Source of the DNA: an uncultured archaeon
Lineage (GTDB): Archaea > Asgardarchaeota > Lokiarchaeia > Sigyniarchaeales > SOKP01
DNA: 16,788 bases
Reading direction: 5' to 3'
Assembly (NCBI GenBank): GCA_964583985.1
Contig: CAZOYD010000068.1
Coordinates: 1 to 16,788, forward strand
In this document: positions 1-7,743 of the stretch, piece by piece
Numbering within the stretch: the first letter of the stretch is position 1
How the letters are laid out: every line of letters starts with the position of its first letter
Position numbers and translations under genes: made by a program
Notes under the pieces: model-generated
Database searches by the model: none
What the model saw: the letters and a program-made list of their open reading frames with translations, nothing else
Told to the model about the DNA's origin: nothing

Positions 1-448
1 TGGTATTTAAACTCGTATTTAACACATTTTGTTCTTGATTCCCTTTTGCCATCCAACCCCATACAAGTACCATAGCAGTACACGGTGAACTTGATAATAA
101 TATGACTGCTACTGACAATTGTTCATTTCCCTGTAAAAAGAGTTTTACCATGGCTAAACCCACAAATGGAGCAACTAACCAATTTGAAATTAGAGTCAGA
201 ATAATAGGTTTAGGATTTTTACCCAATTTTTTTAATTCAGATCCCTTCAGATTTAACATTGCTGGGTACATCATTAGAAATAAGCAAATCCCTATTGGAA
301 TGGAGATTTGTCCAATTTTAAGCGAATCTATTGCCAAGCTTATCTGGGGTATTAATTGGGATAAAACAATCCCTATCATAATACAAATTGCCACCCAGAG
401 TGGTAAAAGTTTTTCAAAATAACCAATTTTTTTTTCTTCATTACTCAT
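1..448 (-). CDS. acr3: ACR3-family arsenite efflux transporter (5' part; runs off the left edge of the window)
   Basis: Not in the ORF track. Manual minus-strand translation from ATG at 448 gives MSNEEKKIGYFEKLLPLWVAICIMIGIVLSQ...IPIGICLFLMMYPAMLNL...LISNWLVAPF...SSPCTAMVLVWGWMAKGN. MMYP, NWxxxP and PCTAMVLVW are Acr3 hallmarks. It is divergent from an arsR. Confidence 0.93.
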   Translation of the reverse strand, partial: MSNEEKKIGYFEKLLPLWVAICIMIGIVLSQLIPQISLAIDSLKIGQISIPIGICLFLMMYPAMLNLKGSELKKLGKNPKPIILTLISNWLVAPFVGLAMVKLFLQGNEQLSVAVILLSSSPCTAMVLVWGWMAKGNQEQNVLNTSLNT

Positions 449-488
449 AATAGTTACGTATTTTCAATAATTGATCATTTTTAAACTT

Positions 489-506
489 AATCGAAGAATA
501 TCGATT
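489..506. promoter_or_regulatory. Candidate ArsR operator (inverted repeat AATCGA-N6-TCGATT)
   Basis: Perfect 6-6-6 inverted repeat in the acr3-arsR divergent intergenic region, resembling the ATCAA-N6-TTGAT type of ArsR/SmtB box. A second, shorter dyad TCAA-TAA-TTGA lies at 464-474. Confidence 0.5.
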
Positions 507-585
507 TGGGATTTTATAAAGCTTGAAATACCTCACATTTATATTTATCGATGTATTTTATTATATGTGTTAATGTTATTATTTA

Positions 586-981
586 TTGGTGATTAATATT
601 AGACCTCAAAGAGTAAATGAAATTAAAACCATGTTATGTTCTTGTAAAGAATGTGATGAAGCGAATTCCTATTATGAAGAATTACAGAAAATGAGATTGA
701 GATTAGATAATAATGATAATTTTAATCAATTATCACTGTTCGCTATGGCTTTAGCTTCAAAAGAACGACTCATTATACTTTATTTATTAAAAAGTAGAGA
801 TAGATGCGTATGTGAATTAGAAGCTGTTTTAGATAAATCTCAATCAACAATTTCTCATCATATAAGAAAACTTGTGAGTTCCCACCTAATCGAGGGCTAT
901 AAAAAGGGGAATTTCACCTATTATCACCTTCTAAAAGAAAATTTAAATGCTCAATTGGAAGTTCTAAATAATTCCTTTTAG
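586..981 (+). CDS. arsR: ArsR/SmtB-family metalloregulatory repressor
   Basis: ALASKERLIILYLL...CVCELEAVLDKSQSTISHHIRKL...GYKKGNFTYY is the ArsR winged HTH with the alpha3 CVC motif. Start uncertain (TTG 586, GTG 589 or ATG 631). Confidence 0.92.
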   Translation: MVINIRPQRVNEIKTMLCSCKECDEANSYYEELQKMRLRLDNNDNFNQLSLFAMALASKERLIILYLLKSRDRCVCELEAVLDKSQSTISHHIRKLVSSHLIEGYKKGNFTYYHLLKENLNAQLEVLNNSF

Positions 982-1209
982 ACATGACAATATCATGCTA
1001 TTTTTATGATCATATTGATTATTTGACAAATAACCAGCATCAATGAATGGTTAATTAATTTCATTTTTATACCATTTTACTTTATAAGTGGAGAGTCATA
1101 TTTTAAATTTAGAAATCGACTTCCCTCAATATAAATAATTATTTATGGTTGAATTTTTATGAAATACCTTGGAAATTATTTAAAAATTATTTAGAATGGA
1201 TAGATAACT

Positions 1210-2412
1210 ATGAACGATGGACAAGAGGAAATGAGTTATTCTCAATATTATACAATTATTTCCTCAGCTGAAAGTAATATTAATAAAGACCAAATCTTTT
1301 TTAGGGAAAAGTATGATGAAATTATCAATTATTTAAGAGCATTATTAGTAAAAGATGAAGATGGGTTAATATATCAGTATTCGCATCCAAAAGGTGCTTT
1401 ATTGGTGAATGTTAATAAAGGTACAGATTTATTTGAGTTTTTTAAACTCATATCTACAAATTATAATCTCAATCTTATTCAGTTTAATATTGATAAAATT
1501 TTGGAAAATCCGCAAGATTTTTATGCTAATTTCAATCTAATAGTAGAAGAGATGCTTAAAAGTAGTTCTAAATATATAGAAAGACTTTCAGAGGAATTTG
1601 ATAAAGAAAATAAAATAAAAAAACTAGTCTTAGTTGAACAAGTATCAAAAGTTGATTTTGAAAACAATAATTTTTTAAGGATTTTTCTGAATCATTTCTT
1701 AAAAAAGTCACCTGATTATAGTTTTATTGGTCAACAAACTATATTATTCTGGATAAATCATGATATCACCGAAATAATTGAAAATTCTCAAGATGTTTTT
1801 CAATTCTTTGATTGCTTTATTAAAATTGCTCCACTAACAAAAAAAGATCGAGAAACAATCTTTTCTCAACTTTCTGAAAAGTATCCAAAAATTGTTTTTG
1901 ACATTAAAACATTGGTTGATTTGACACAAAATTGGGAAATTCGTGATATAAATCAACTGATCAAGATGGCAATATTCAAACACTATTTAAACTCCGAATT
2001 AAATGATATGTCTAACGAAATAACTGATGTATTGAGATCTTTGATTGAATCTGGCGAATTTATTCCCTTAATTTCTAATAATCAAAAAAGTCTGGAAAGT
2101 AACCCAAAAAATCAAAATATTGAAATAAATAATCCAGAGAATTTAATAAGTGGCATAATATCCGATATTCAAAATCAAAATATCTCAGATTTTATGTTAA
2201 ATCAATTATACGAAAGCGCCGCTTCCGAAAAATATACAGAATTGTTGATCATATTGGACAAATTAAATAAAAATGAAATTCTTGAAGAAAATGATTTAAA
2301 GCTATTATCACGCTATCCTTTCGTGTTAAATGATAAACCTCATATGGCTCAAATTAATTTAGAAAAAGCCAAAAAAAGAATCGAGCAAATTAAGCAAGCT
2401 TTTGGAAAATAA
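1210..2412 (+). CDS. Degenerate AAA+ ATPase-like protein (probable pseudo-ATPase) with C-terminal helical extension
   Basis: Elements align in order with a classic-clade AAA+ module: PKGALLVNVNKGT (at the position of PKGVLLYGPPGTGKT), LVLVEQ (Walker B position), FDCFIKIAPLTKKDRETIF (FDxxIxIPLPxxxxRxxI) and lid DIKTLVDLTQNWEIRDINQLIKMA. The catalytic GKT, DE and arginine-finger residues are missing. Confidence 0.62.
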   Translation: MNDGQEEMSYSQYYTIISSAESNINKDQIFFREKYDEIINYLRALLVKDEDGLIYQYSHPKGALLVNVNKGTDLFEFFKLISTNYNLNLIQFNIDKILENPQDFYANFNLIVEEMLKSSSKYIERLSEEFDKENKIKKLVLVEQVSKVDFENNNFLRIFLNHFLKKSPDYSFIGQQTILFWINHDITEIIENSQDVFQFFDCFIKIAPLTKKDRETIFSQLSEKYPKIVFDIKTLVDLTQNWEIRDINQLIKMAIFKHYLNSELNDMSNEITDVLRSLIESGEFIPLISNNQKSLESNPKNQNIEINNPENLISGIISDIQNQNISDFMLNQLYESAASEKYTELLIILDKLNKNEILEENDLKLLSRYPFVLNDKPHMAQINLEKAKKRIEQIKQAFGK

Positions 2413-2430
2413 AAATAGAGGGGATCAATA

Positions 2431-5400
2431 ATGGTAATACAGGTACAAGAATTATCAAAGAGACAAAATATGGTTTATATCAAGAAAGTGATTTTAGAAA
2501 ATTTTCTCTCTTTCCAAAAGGATGAAGTTGAATTTTCAGGAGAAAATGATGAAAATGATCCACGTTTAATTCTAATAATTGGTCCAAATTGGTCGGGTAA
2601 GACGTCTATATTCCAAGCAATTAAATTTGTTTTAGGAAGTAATGAAAGAGATGATAGGTATAAAAAATGGTCAGATTTTATTCATAGTGACCAAAATCAT
2701 GCGATGGTAGAACTCCATTTACAATATAGAGAGGAATTAATCAAACTTAGAAGAATAGTAATTAGAGGGAAATCCCCATATTTCGAAATTCAGAAAGAAG
2801 GCGATGATTTTTTTAAAAAAATTTCCGTTATTGATATCCAAAACTTGATATCTCAATTGAATATTTTTCCCGATAATCATTTTGCATTTGTTAGTCAAGG
2901 AAAAATTGATGTTATTAAAAATTTAAAACCAATTGAATTATGTTCGTTCTTGGAAGAAGGAATTGGACTAAAAAGATTAAGGATTGAAATACTGAGTCAA
3001 AAACAAATAGTCCTGGGCTTGAAAAATGATTTTCAAGCAATCAAAAGCAAAAAAAATGGGTTAAATTTCAATTTAGATTCATTAATGCCAAAATTAAAAC
3101 GATTAGAGATTAAAAAATCATTATTAGCAAAAAAAAAACAGTTCGATGTTGAACTCTCATGGGCTAATCGAGAAAGTTTATTAAAAATTATCAGAAATTT
3201 GGAGATTAATTTAAATGAATTCGATTCAATCGTTAAGGAATTGAACAAAAAAATTGATTTAAATGATGGTATTATCGAGCAGAAACGAAATATTATATTA
3301 GATATAGAATCTCAATTAAGTGATAATTCAAAGCTAATTGGAGAGTTGAATTTTAAAAAGAACGAGATATTAGACAAAATTGAAATGTGGAAGAGTGAAA
3401 AGCTTACAAGGAAATCAGAATTGGATTCTTTAAAAAAAGAAATAAGAAAAAAAGAGAATGAATCTAAAAACTATAGATTACAAGAAAAGAACATTAATGA
3501 TGAAATTGTATTACTTAAAAAAGAAAAAATTGTGCTTAAGGAGAAGATTAGCCAAATATTCACAGAACAAGCTGAATTGGCAGCAAAAATTAAAGAAAAT
3601 GAATCATTCTTTCAAGAACATGAAGACCTTTTGAAGGAACAAAAGGAGCAAATTAGAAAAATTGAAACAAATGATAAAGATATTGACGATCTTAACCACG
3701 ATATAAATGATTTAATCCAAAGTCTTCAAGACATCGAAAATAAATTCAAAAATAACTCTTGGTTTATTGAAAATCCTTCTCAAGATTTAATTAGAAAATT
3801 AGATGAAGAAATTGCACTAATTTCACAAGAAATTTTCGAAATTGAATCAAATTTAAAAAAAATAGAGTATGAAAAATCAAAACTCCTGAAAAAATTCAAT
3901 ATTTTAAATGAATCTTTAAAGAAACGGAGAATAATTCTTCCAATGAGCATTATTTTATTAAAGGAAGAAATTGAGAGACAAAATCTAAAAGTTAAAGGAC
4001 CCATTATTGAGTATTTAAAATATGATGATGATCTCAGTTACGCGATTGAATCTGTTTTGGGAGAGAGATTATTATATAGTTTTATAGCCGATAATTGGAA
4101 GACTTTAGACATTCTAAAAACATTAAAGCAAAAATTCAAAGCATTTTGTAATATATACTTGTCAAAAGATGTAACCATTACTCCTTTAAGAGATTTCTCT
4201 ACTTCTGGAGTTATAGGATATCTTGCTGATCTAATCAAAATTTCAGATGATGATATCGATATTAAGAAAGTAATTTATTCAAAAGTGGGTAATTGTGTTG
4301 TTATTCGTGAATATATGGATAGTAAAAATATATATGAAAATACAGGGTTTAAAGGCAAATGTGTAACACTCAAGGGAGAACAAGTCGTATCTTATAAATA
4401 TACGTATGAAACCCCTTTTATAAAGAGATTAAAAGGATTATTAAGTTCCAATACTTTAAAGGAGCAGTTAGATGTGATAGGAAGGGAAATTGAAACAATA
4501 AATGGATCAATTTCAGATAAAAAAGACTTCCTAATAAATCGAGAAAAAAATCAACGAGATCTTTATGAAAAGAAGGAAATTTTCAATGATCTAATTTATA
4601 ATTTTAATCAAAAAGAACGATTGAATCAAAAAAGAAATCACTTTTATGAAAGGATCTATGATATTGAACATCAAAAATCTAAATCTATGGAGAACCTTAA
4701 AGAAATAAATGAGCAAATTATGCATTTAGAATCTCAAATGGAACCAGAATTTATTGAATGGAATAATAGAATTAAAGAACTTCCCCCTTTTCTTAAAGAG
4801 TATAATGAAAAATTAAACGAGTTAGATATACTTCAAGAAGAGAAAAATAAATATCTGAATAATTTAAAATCAAAATCTATGTCTCTTGGTAGTTATATCT
4901 CTGAACTTAATGAAAGATATTCCAAAAGGAAAGAAGAATTCGAGAAATCTGATAAAAAATCTTTTAATATGTTTAAAGATTTGGAAGCCATTGAAGAACA
5001 AATAAATATGAGCCATACTGAAGAACAACAGTTAAAAGAGGATAAAGAAAAAAATAATGCGGATATCAATAATATTCAAGATGAGCAAAATAGTTTAAAA
5101 CTAACTTTGGGTAGGGAAAATTTTCGATTAGAAGAGGTAAAGAAGGATTTTGAGGTGAAAAAGTTAGAATTAGAAAGAATTAACACCGAGATCCAACCAG
5201 ATAACCTTGAGAGTGATTTTAAACTTAGACCGATCGAAAAAATTAAGGAAGATATATATAACACACAAAAAGAATTAATGAAATATGCTGATGTAGACGA
5301 TTCTCTACTCATTGAAAAACAAAATTTATTGCTTAATTTAAAAGAAATTAATAAAAATCAGAAATCCTTAGAGAAGGATATCAAAGCAGCAGTGAGGACA

Positions 5401-5895
5401 GAAATAGAAATGGAAAATACTTACTATATTAAGTTTAAAGGATTGTTGAGTGATTTAGAATCTAAAATTAATAATAAATTCAAAATTACGGGGATAAAGT
5501 CGTATTGTTCATTAGAGTTAAGTGGTAATTTTGAGGATTTAGGAATAATCATTAAAGCTGCTGTTTCAAAAGATCAATTGAAGTTATGTACCGCATTAAG
5601 TGGAGGGCAGATTTCAATGGTTTCAATATGTCTTATGCTTTCATTACAAGAGATTAAACCATCTCCATTATGCATGTTTGATGAAGCAGCAATGTTTTTA
5701 GATGATAAAAACTCAGAGATATCATATGAGATGATAAAAACAACTCTTGAAAACTTACCAATCCAACTAATAATGTTTCTTCCTAAATCTTCAAATGCAT
5801 TATTTTCCCTGGCAGATAAAATAATAGGGGTCGCAAGGGTCGGGAATAAGGAATTATCAACGATTTTTCATCCAAAAATTATAATGACAGATTGA
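2431..5895 (+). CDS. smc: SMC-family ATPase, SMC5/6-related type
   Basis: N-head ENFLSF, Walker A GPNWSGKTS, Q-loop FVSQGKI, long coiled coils, central hinge (VKGPIIEYL...AIESVLG...GVIGYLADLI...CVTLKGE), C-head LSGGQ signature and Walker B/D-loop MFDEAAMFLD. Length 1154 aa; GAGGGG RBS-like sequence before ATG 2431 (alternative start 2470). Confidence 0.93.
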   Translation: MVIQVQELSKRQNMVYIKKVILENFLSFQKDEVEFSGENDENDPRLILIIGPNWSGKTSIFQAIKFVLGSNERDDRYKKWSDFIHSDQNHAMVELHLQYREELIKLRRIVIRGKSPYFEIQKEGDDFFKKISVIDIQNLISQLNIFPDNHFAFVSQGKIDVIKNLKPIELCSFLEEGIGLKRLRIEILSQKQIVLGLKNDFQAIKSKKNGLNFNLDSLMPKLKRLEIKKSLLAKKKQFDVELSWANRESLLKIIRNLEINLNEFDSIVKELNKKIDLNDGIIEQKRNIILDIESQLSDNSKLIGELNFKKNEILDKIEMWKSEKLTRKSELDSLKKEIRKKENESKNYRLQEKNINDEIVLLKKEKIVLKEKISQIFTEQAELAAKIKENESFFQEHEDLLKEQKEQIRKIETNDKDIDDLNHDINDLIQSLQDIENKFKNNSWFIENPSQDLIRKLDEEIALISQEIFEIESNLKKIEYEKSKLLKKFNILNESLKKRRIILPMSIILLKEEIERQNLKVKGPIIEYLKYDDDLSYAIESVLGERLLYSFIADNWKTLDILKTLKQKFKAFCNIYLSKDVTITPLRDFSTSGVIGYLADLIKISDDDIDIKKVIYSKVGNCVVIREYMDSKNIYENTGFKGKCVTLKGEQVVSYKYTYETPFIKRLKGLLSSNTLKEQLDVIGREIETINGSISDKKDFLINREKNQRDLYEKKEIFNDLIYNFNQKERLNQKRNHFYERIYDIEHQKSKSMENLKEINEQIMHLESQMEPEFIEWNNRIKELPPFLKEYNEKLNELDILQEEKNKYLNNLKSKSMSLGSYISELNERYSKRKEEFEKSDKKSFNMFKDLEAIEEQINMSHTEEQQLKEDKEKNNADINNIQDEQNSLKLTLGRENFRLEEVKKDFEVKKLELERINTEIQPDNLESDFKLRPIEKIKEDIYNTQKELMKYADVDDSLLIEKQNLLLNLKEINKNQKSLEKDIKAAVRTEIEMENTYYIKFKGLLSDLESKINNKFKITGIKSYCSLELSGNFEDLGIIIKAAVSKDQLKLCTALSGGQISMVSICLMLSLQEIKPSPLCMFDEAAMFLDDKNSEISYEMIKTTLENLPIQLIMFLPKSSNALFSLADKIIGVARVGNKELSTIFHPKIIMTD

Positions 5896-5901
5896 TGCAG
5901 A

Positions 5902-6549
5902 ATGGGATATGATGATATATCAGAAGAGTTGACAAATTATATGGATTCGATCAAAGAAGATGTAGTAACTGGGAGAATTTCATTATTAGAATTGGAATTA
6001 AATCCGATTTTCGACCAACTAAAAGAATCACTTAGCGTTTACAATATCTTTAACTATTCTCAAACATATCAACAAGCTTGCGACCTTCTTTCCTTAAAAT
6101 TTGAGGAACTAAAGAATTTACTGAATCATCTTGATAACGATGAGATTTTTTTGCAATTCTTGAAATCTAACCCTAATGATAATGAAATAGAACAAATTTT
6201 AGGAAATTGTTGGAGGACAGTATTCCATTTAGAATCAATTTCACCCGAATTTATGAGTTATAGCAACACTCGTTTCAGCAAAGATCGAGTTTTGACAGAA
6301 AAAATTGAACACATTAGAAAAGAACAAATAGGAGGTTCATTTTTATTAGAGATTCCTCGACAAAAGTTCACAGAAAAAATGATGGATTTTTACAAAAAAA
6401 TAAAAAAAAAATTACCTTGTAAATTTGATGAGCTTTTTGATGGAATCCAAGATCAAGTGGAAGTTTACGAATATTTCGTTTATATTCTACATCTCCTCCA
6501 GATAGGATTGTTCAAGTATCAAAAAGCGACGACAATAATATATGAGTGA
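5902..6549 (+). CDS. scpA: Kleisin (ScpA-like) subunit
   Basis: 6 nt after the smc stop. N-terminal GRISLLELELNPIFDQL...ACDLLSLKFEEL resembles the ScpA N-helical domain. C-terminal KFDELF...EVYEYFVYILHLLQIG resembles the kleisin C-terminal winged helix (FxxLF...FLALLELxxxG). Confidence 0.75.
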   Translation: MGYDDISEELTNYMDSIKEDVVTGRISLLELELNPIFDQLKESLSVYNIFNYSQTYQQACDLLSLKFEELKNLLNHLDNDEIFLQFLKSNPNDNEIEQILGNCWRTVFHLESISPEFMSYSNTRFSKDRVLTEKIEHIRKEQIGGSFLLEIPRQKFTEKMMDFYKKIKKKLPCKFDELFDGIQDQVEVYEYFVYILHLLQIGLFKYQKATTIIYE

Positions 6550-6552
6550 AAA

Positions 6553-7089
6553 ATGAAAATGAATGAAATATCAATATTAATGCACCTACTAAGTAGACGT
6601 GTGAGTCTTTATGAATTTGGAGCTACAGAGGATGAACTTCTCAAATATTTGAACATAAAAGGGAAAAACAAACATGTATATCTAAAAAAGTTAATCATCG
6701 ACTTATCTAATTATATAGAACCATTAGGATACAATATTAAATTTAATCCTCTTAATTTTTATTGGTATATATCAATCAAATCTGAAATTTCAGACATGTT
6801 TAAGACAAATCCATTTGAAGGGCATCCAAGTTTAGCGGCCACTTTATTCTGCACGCTAGCATGTTGTTTGAAAAATGAGGGATGTACCCAAATTCAAGAG
6901 ATTATAAAGCTAAGAAAGAAAAAAAACCTTTCAGAGGATTTAAAGGATTTATCAAAAAAAGGGTATTTATTAATAGATCATAAACAAAATGAAATTAGAT
7001 TAACACCATTAATAGGTTATCAAATAGACCTAAATCAATTAATTATGAATTTAGCTTTAAAAAAAAGCAAAGCAAATGCCCAATATTAA
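6553..7089 (+). CDS. KITE subunit (tandem winged helix; ScpB/Nse1-like)
   Basis: 3 nt after the kleisin stop; 178 aa. Two winged-helix-like halves: TEDELLKYL...LIIDLSNYIEPLGYNIK...YWYI and LAATLF...IQEIIKLR...DLKDLSKKGYL...IRLTP. Size and position fit the KITE partner of an Smc-kleisin ring. Confidence 0.68.
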   Translation: MKMNEISILMHLLSRRVSLYEFGATEDELLKYLNIKGKNKHVYLKKLIIDLSNYIEPLGYNIKFNPLNFYWYISIKSEISDMFKTNPFEGHPSLAATLFCTLACCLKNEGCTQIQEIIKLRKKKNLSEDLKDLSKKGYLLIDHKQNEIRLTPLIGYQIDLNQLIMNLALKKSKANAQY

Positions 7090-7107
7090 TTGGTCTAATC
7101 AAAAAAG

Positions 7108-7743
7108 TCATGTTGATGTAGTGATTTTTAAAATCATTTCAGCTACATGATTATTATATTTTTCGACTTCTTCAAAATTATCTACTGTTTCTCCACAGGT
7201 GATAAAATAATCTTTTACATTAATTTTGCGTTTCTTGAAAAAATCAGTGATCGCTGATTCGATTTTTTCTACTGCTTTTTCCTTATCACCTTTAACCAAA
7301 TCAATCTTATTAATGCATACAAATATATTATCTGGAAAAAACCTGACATCATTAAAGAAATCAAATTGAGGATCTAATTCTCTTTCGGCTGAGAACACTG
7401 CTATTATTTGAGTTGCGATTCTTGAAATGGTGATAATGCCCATTTTCACCACCGCTCGTTTTCTATCCCCTCCTGGAGCAAAAATCGTGTGAGCTTTACC
7501 ACTTTCTTCTTCTCGAAAAACTACTCGATTAGGATGGATTGTTTTTGTTTCTTTTTCATTCAAAGCATCAGATTTATCCCCTCCTGGAAGGGTAGCTTCT
7601 CCGCTAAAATCTGTCTTTAAAATATTGCATTTCACTCCTCCTTCAACATTTTCAATTTCTCCTTGATTAAGGTACCTAACAAAAAGCCGCAAGATTGAAG
7701 TCTTTCCTACTGAAACATCACCTAATAAGCCAATATTTGTCAT
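7108..7743 (-). CDS. Ras-superfamily small GTPase, atypical (G3 lacks Asp)
   Basis: G1 GDVSVGKTS, probable G2 ETKTI, G3-position IFAPGG, G4 INKID and G5-position TCG. RBS-like GGAGGGTGA just upstream; the ATG overlaps the upstream stop (TAATG). Confidence 0.85.
   Translation of the reverse strand: MTNIGLLGDVSVGKTSILRLFVRYLNQGEIENVEGGVKCNILKTDFSGEATLPGGDKSDALNEKETKTIHPNRVVFREEESGKAHTIFAPGGDRKRAVVKMGIITISRIATQIIAVFSAERELDPQFDFFNDVRFFPDNIFVCINKIDLVKGDKEKAVEKIESAITDFFKKRKINVKDYFITCGETVDNFEEVEKYNNHVAEMILKITTST

Noticed and set aside
102-422. 106-aa plus-strand ORF
   Set aside because: Antisense shadow of the clearly recognisable acr3 gene.
3033-5312. Four short minus-strand ORFs (3033-3248, 3780-4004, 4038-4238, 5076-5312)
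   Set aside because: Antisense to smc; their Ser/Phe/Leu-rich composition is the mirror of Glu/Lys-rich coiled-coil codons.
1210-7089. Interpretation as Wadjet/MksBEFG, Lamassu or Rad50-Mre11
   Set aside because: No Toprim (JetD), effector nuclease or Mre11 gene. The SMC has a globular hinge rather than a CxxC zinc hook, and gene order and kleisin size differ from jetABCD.
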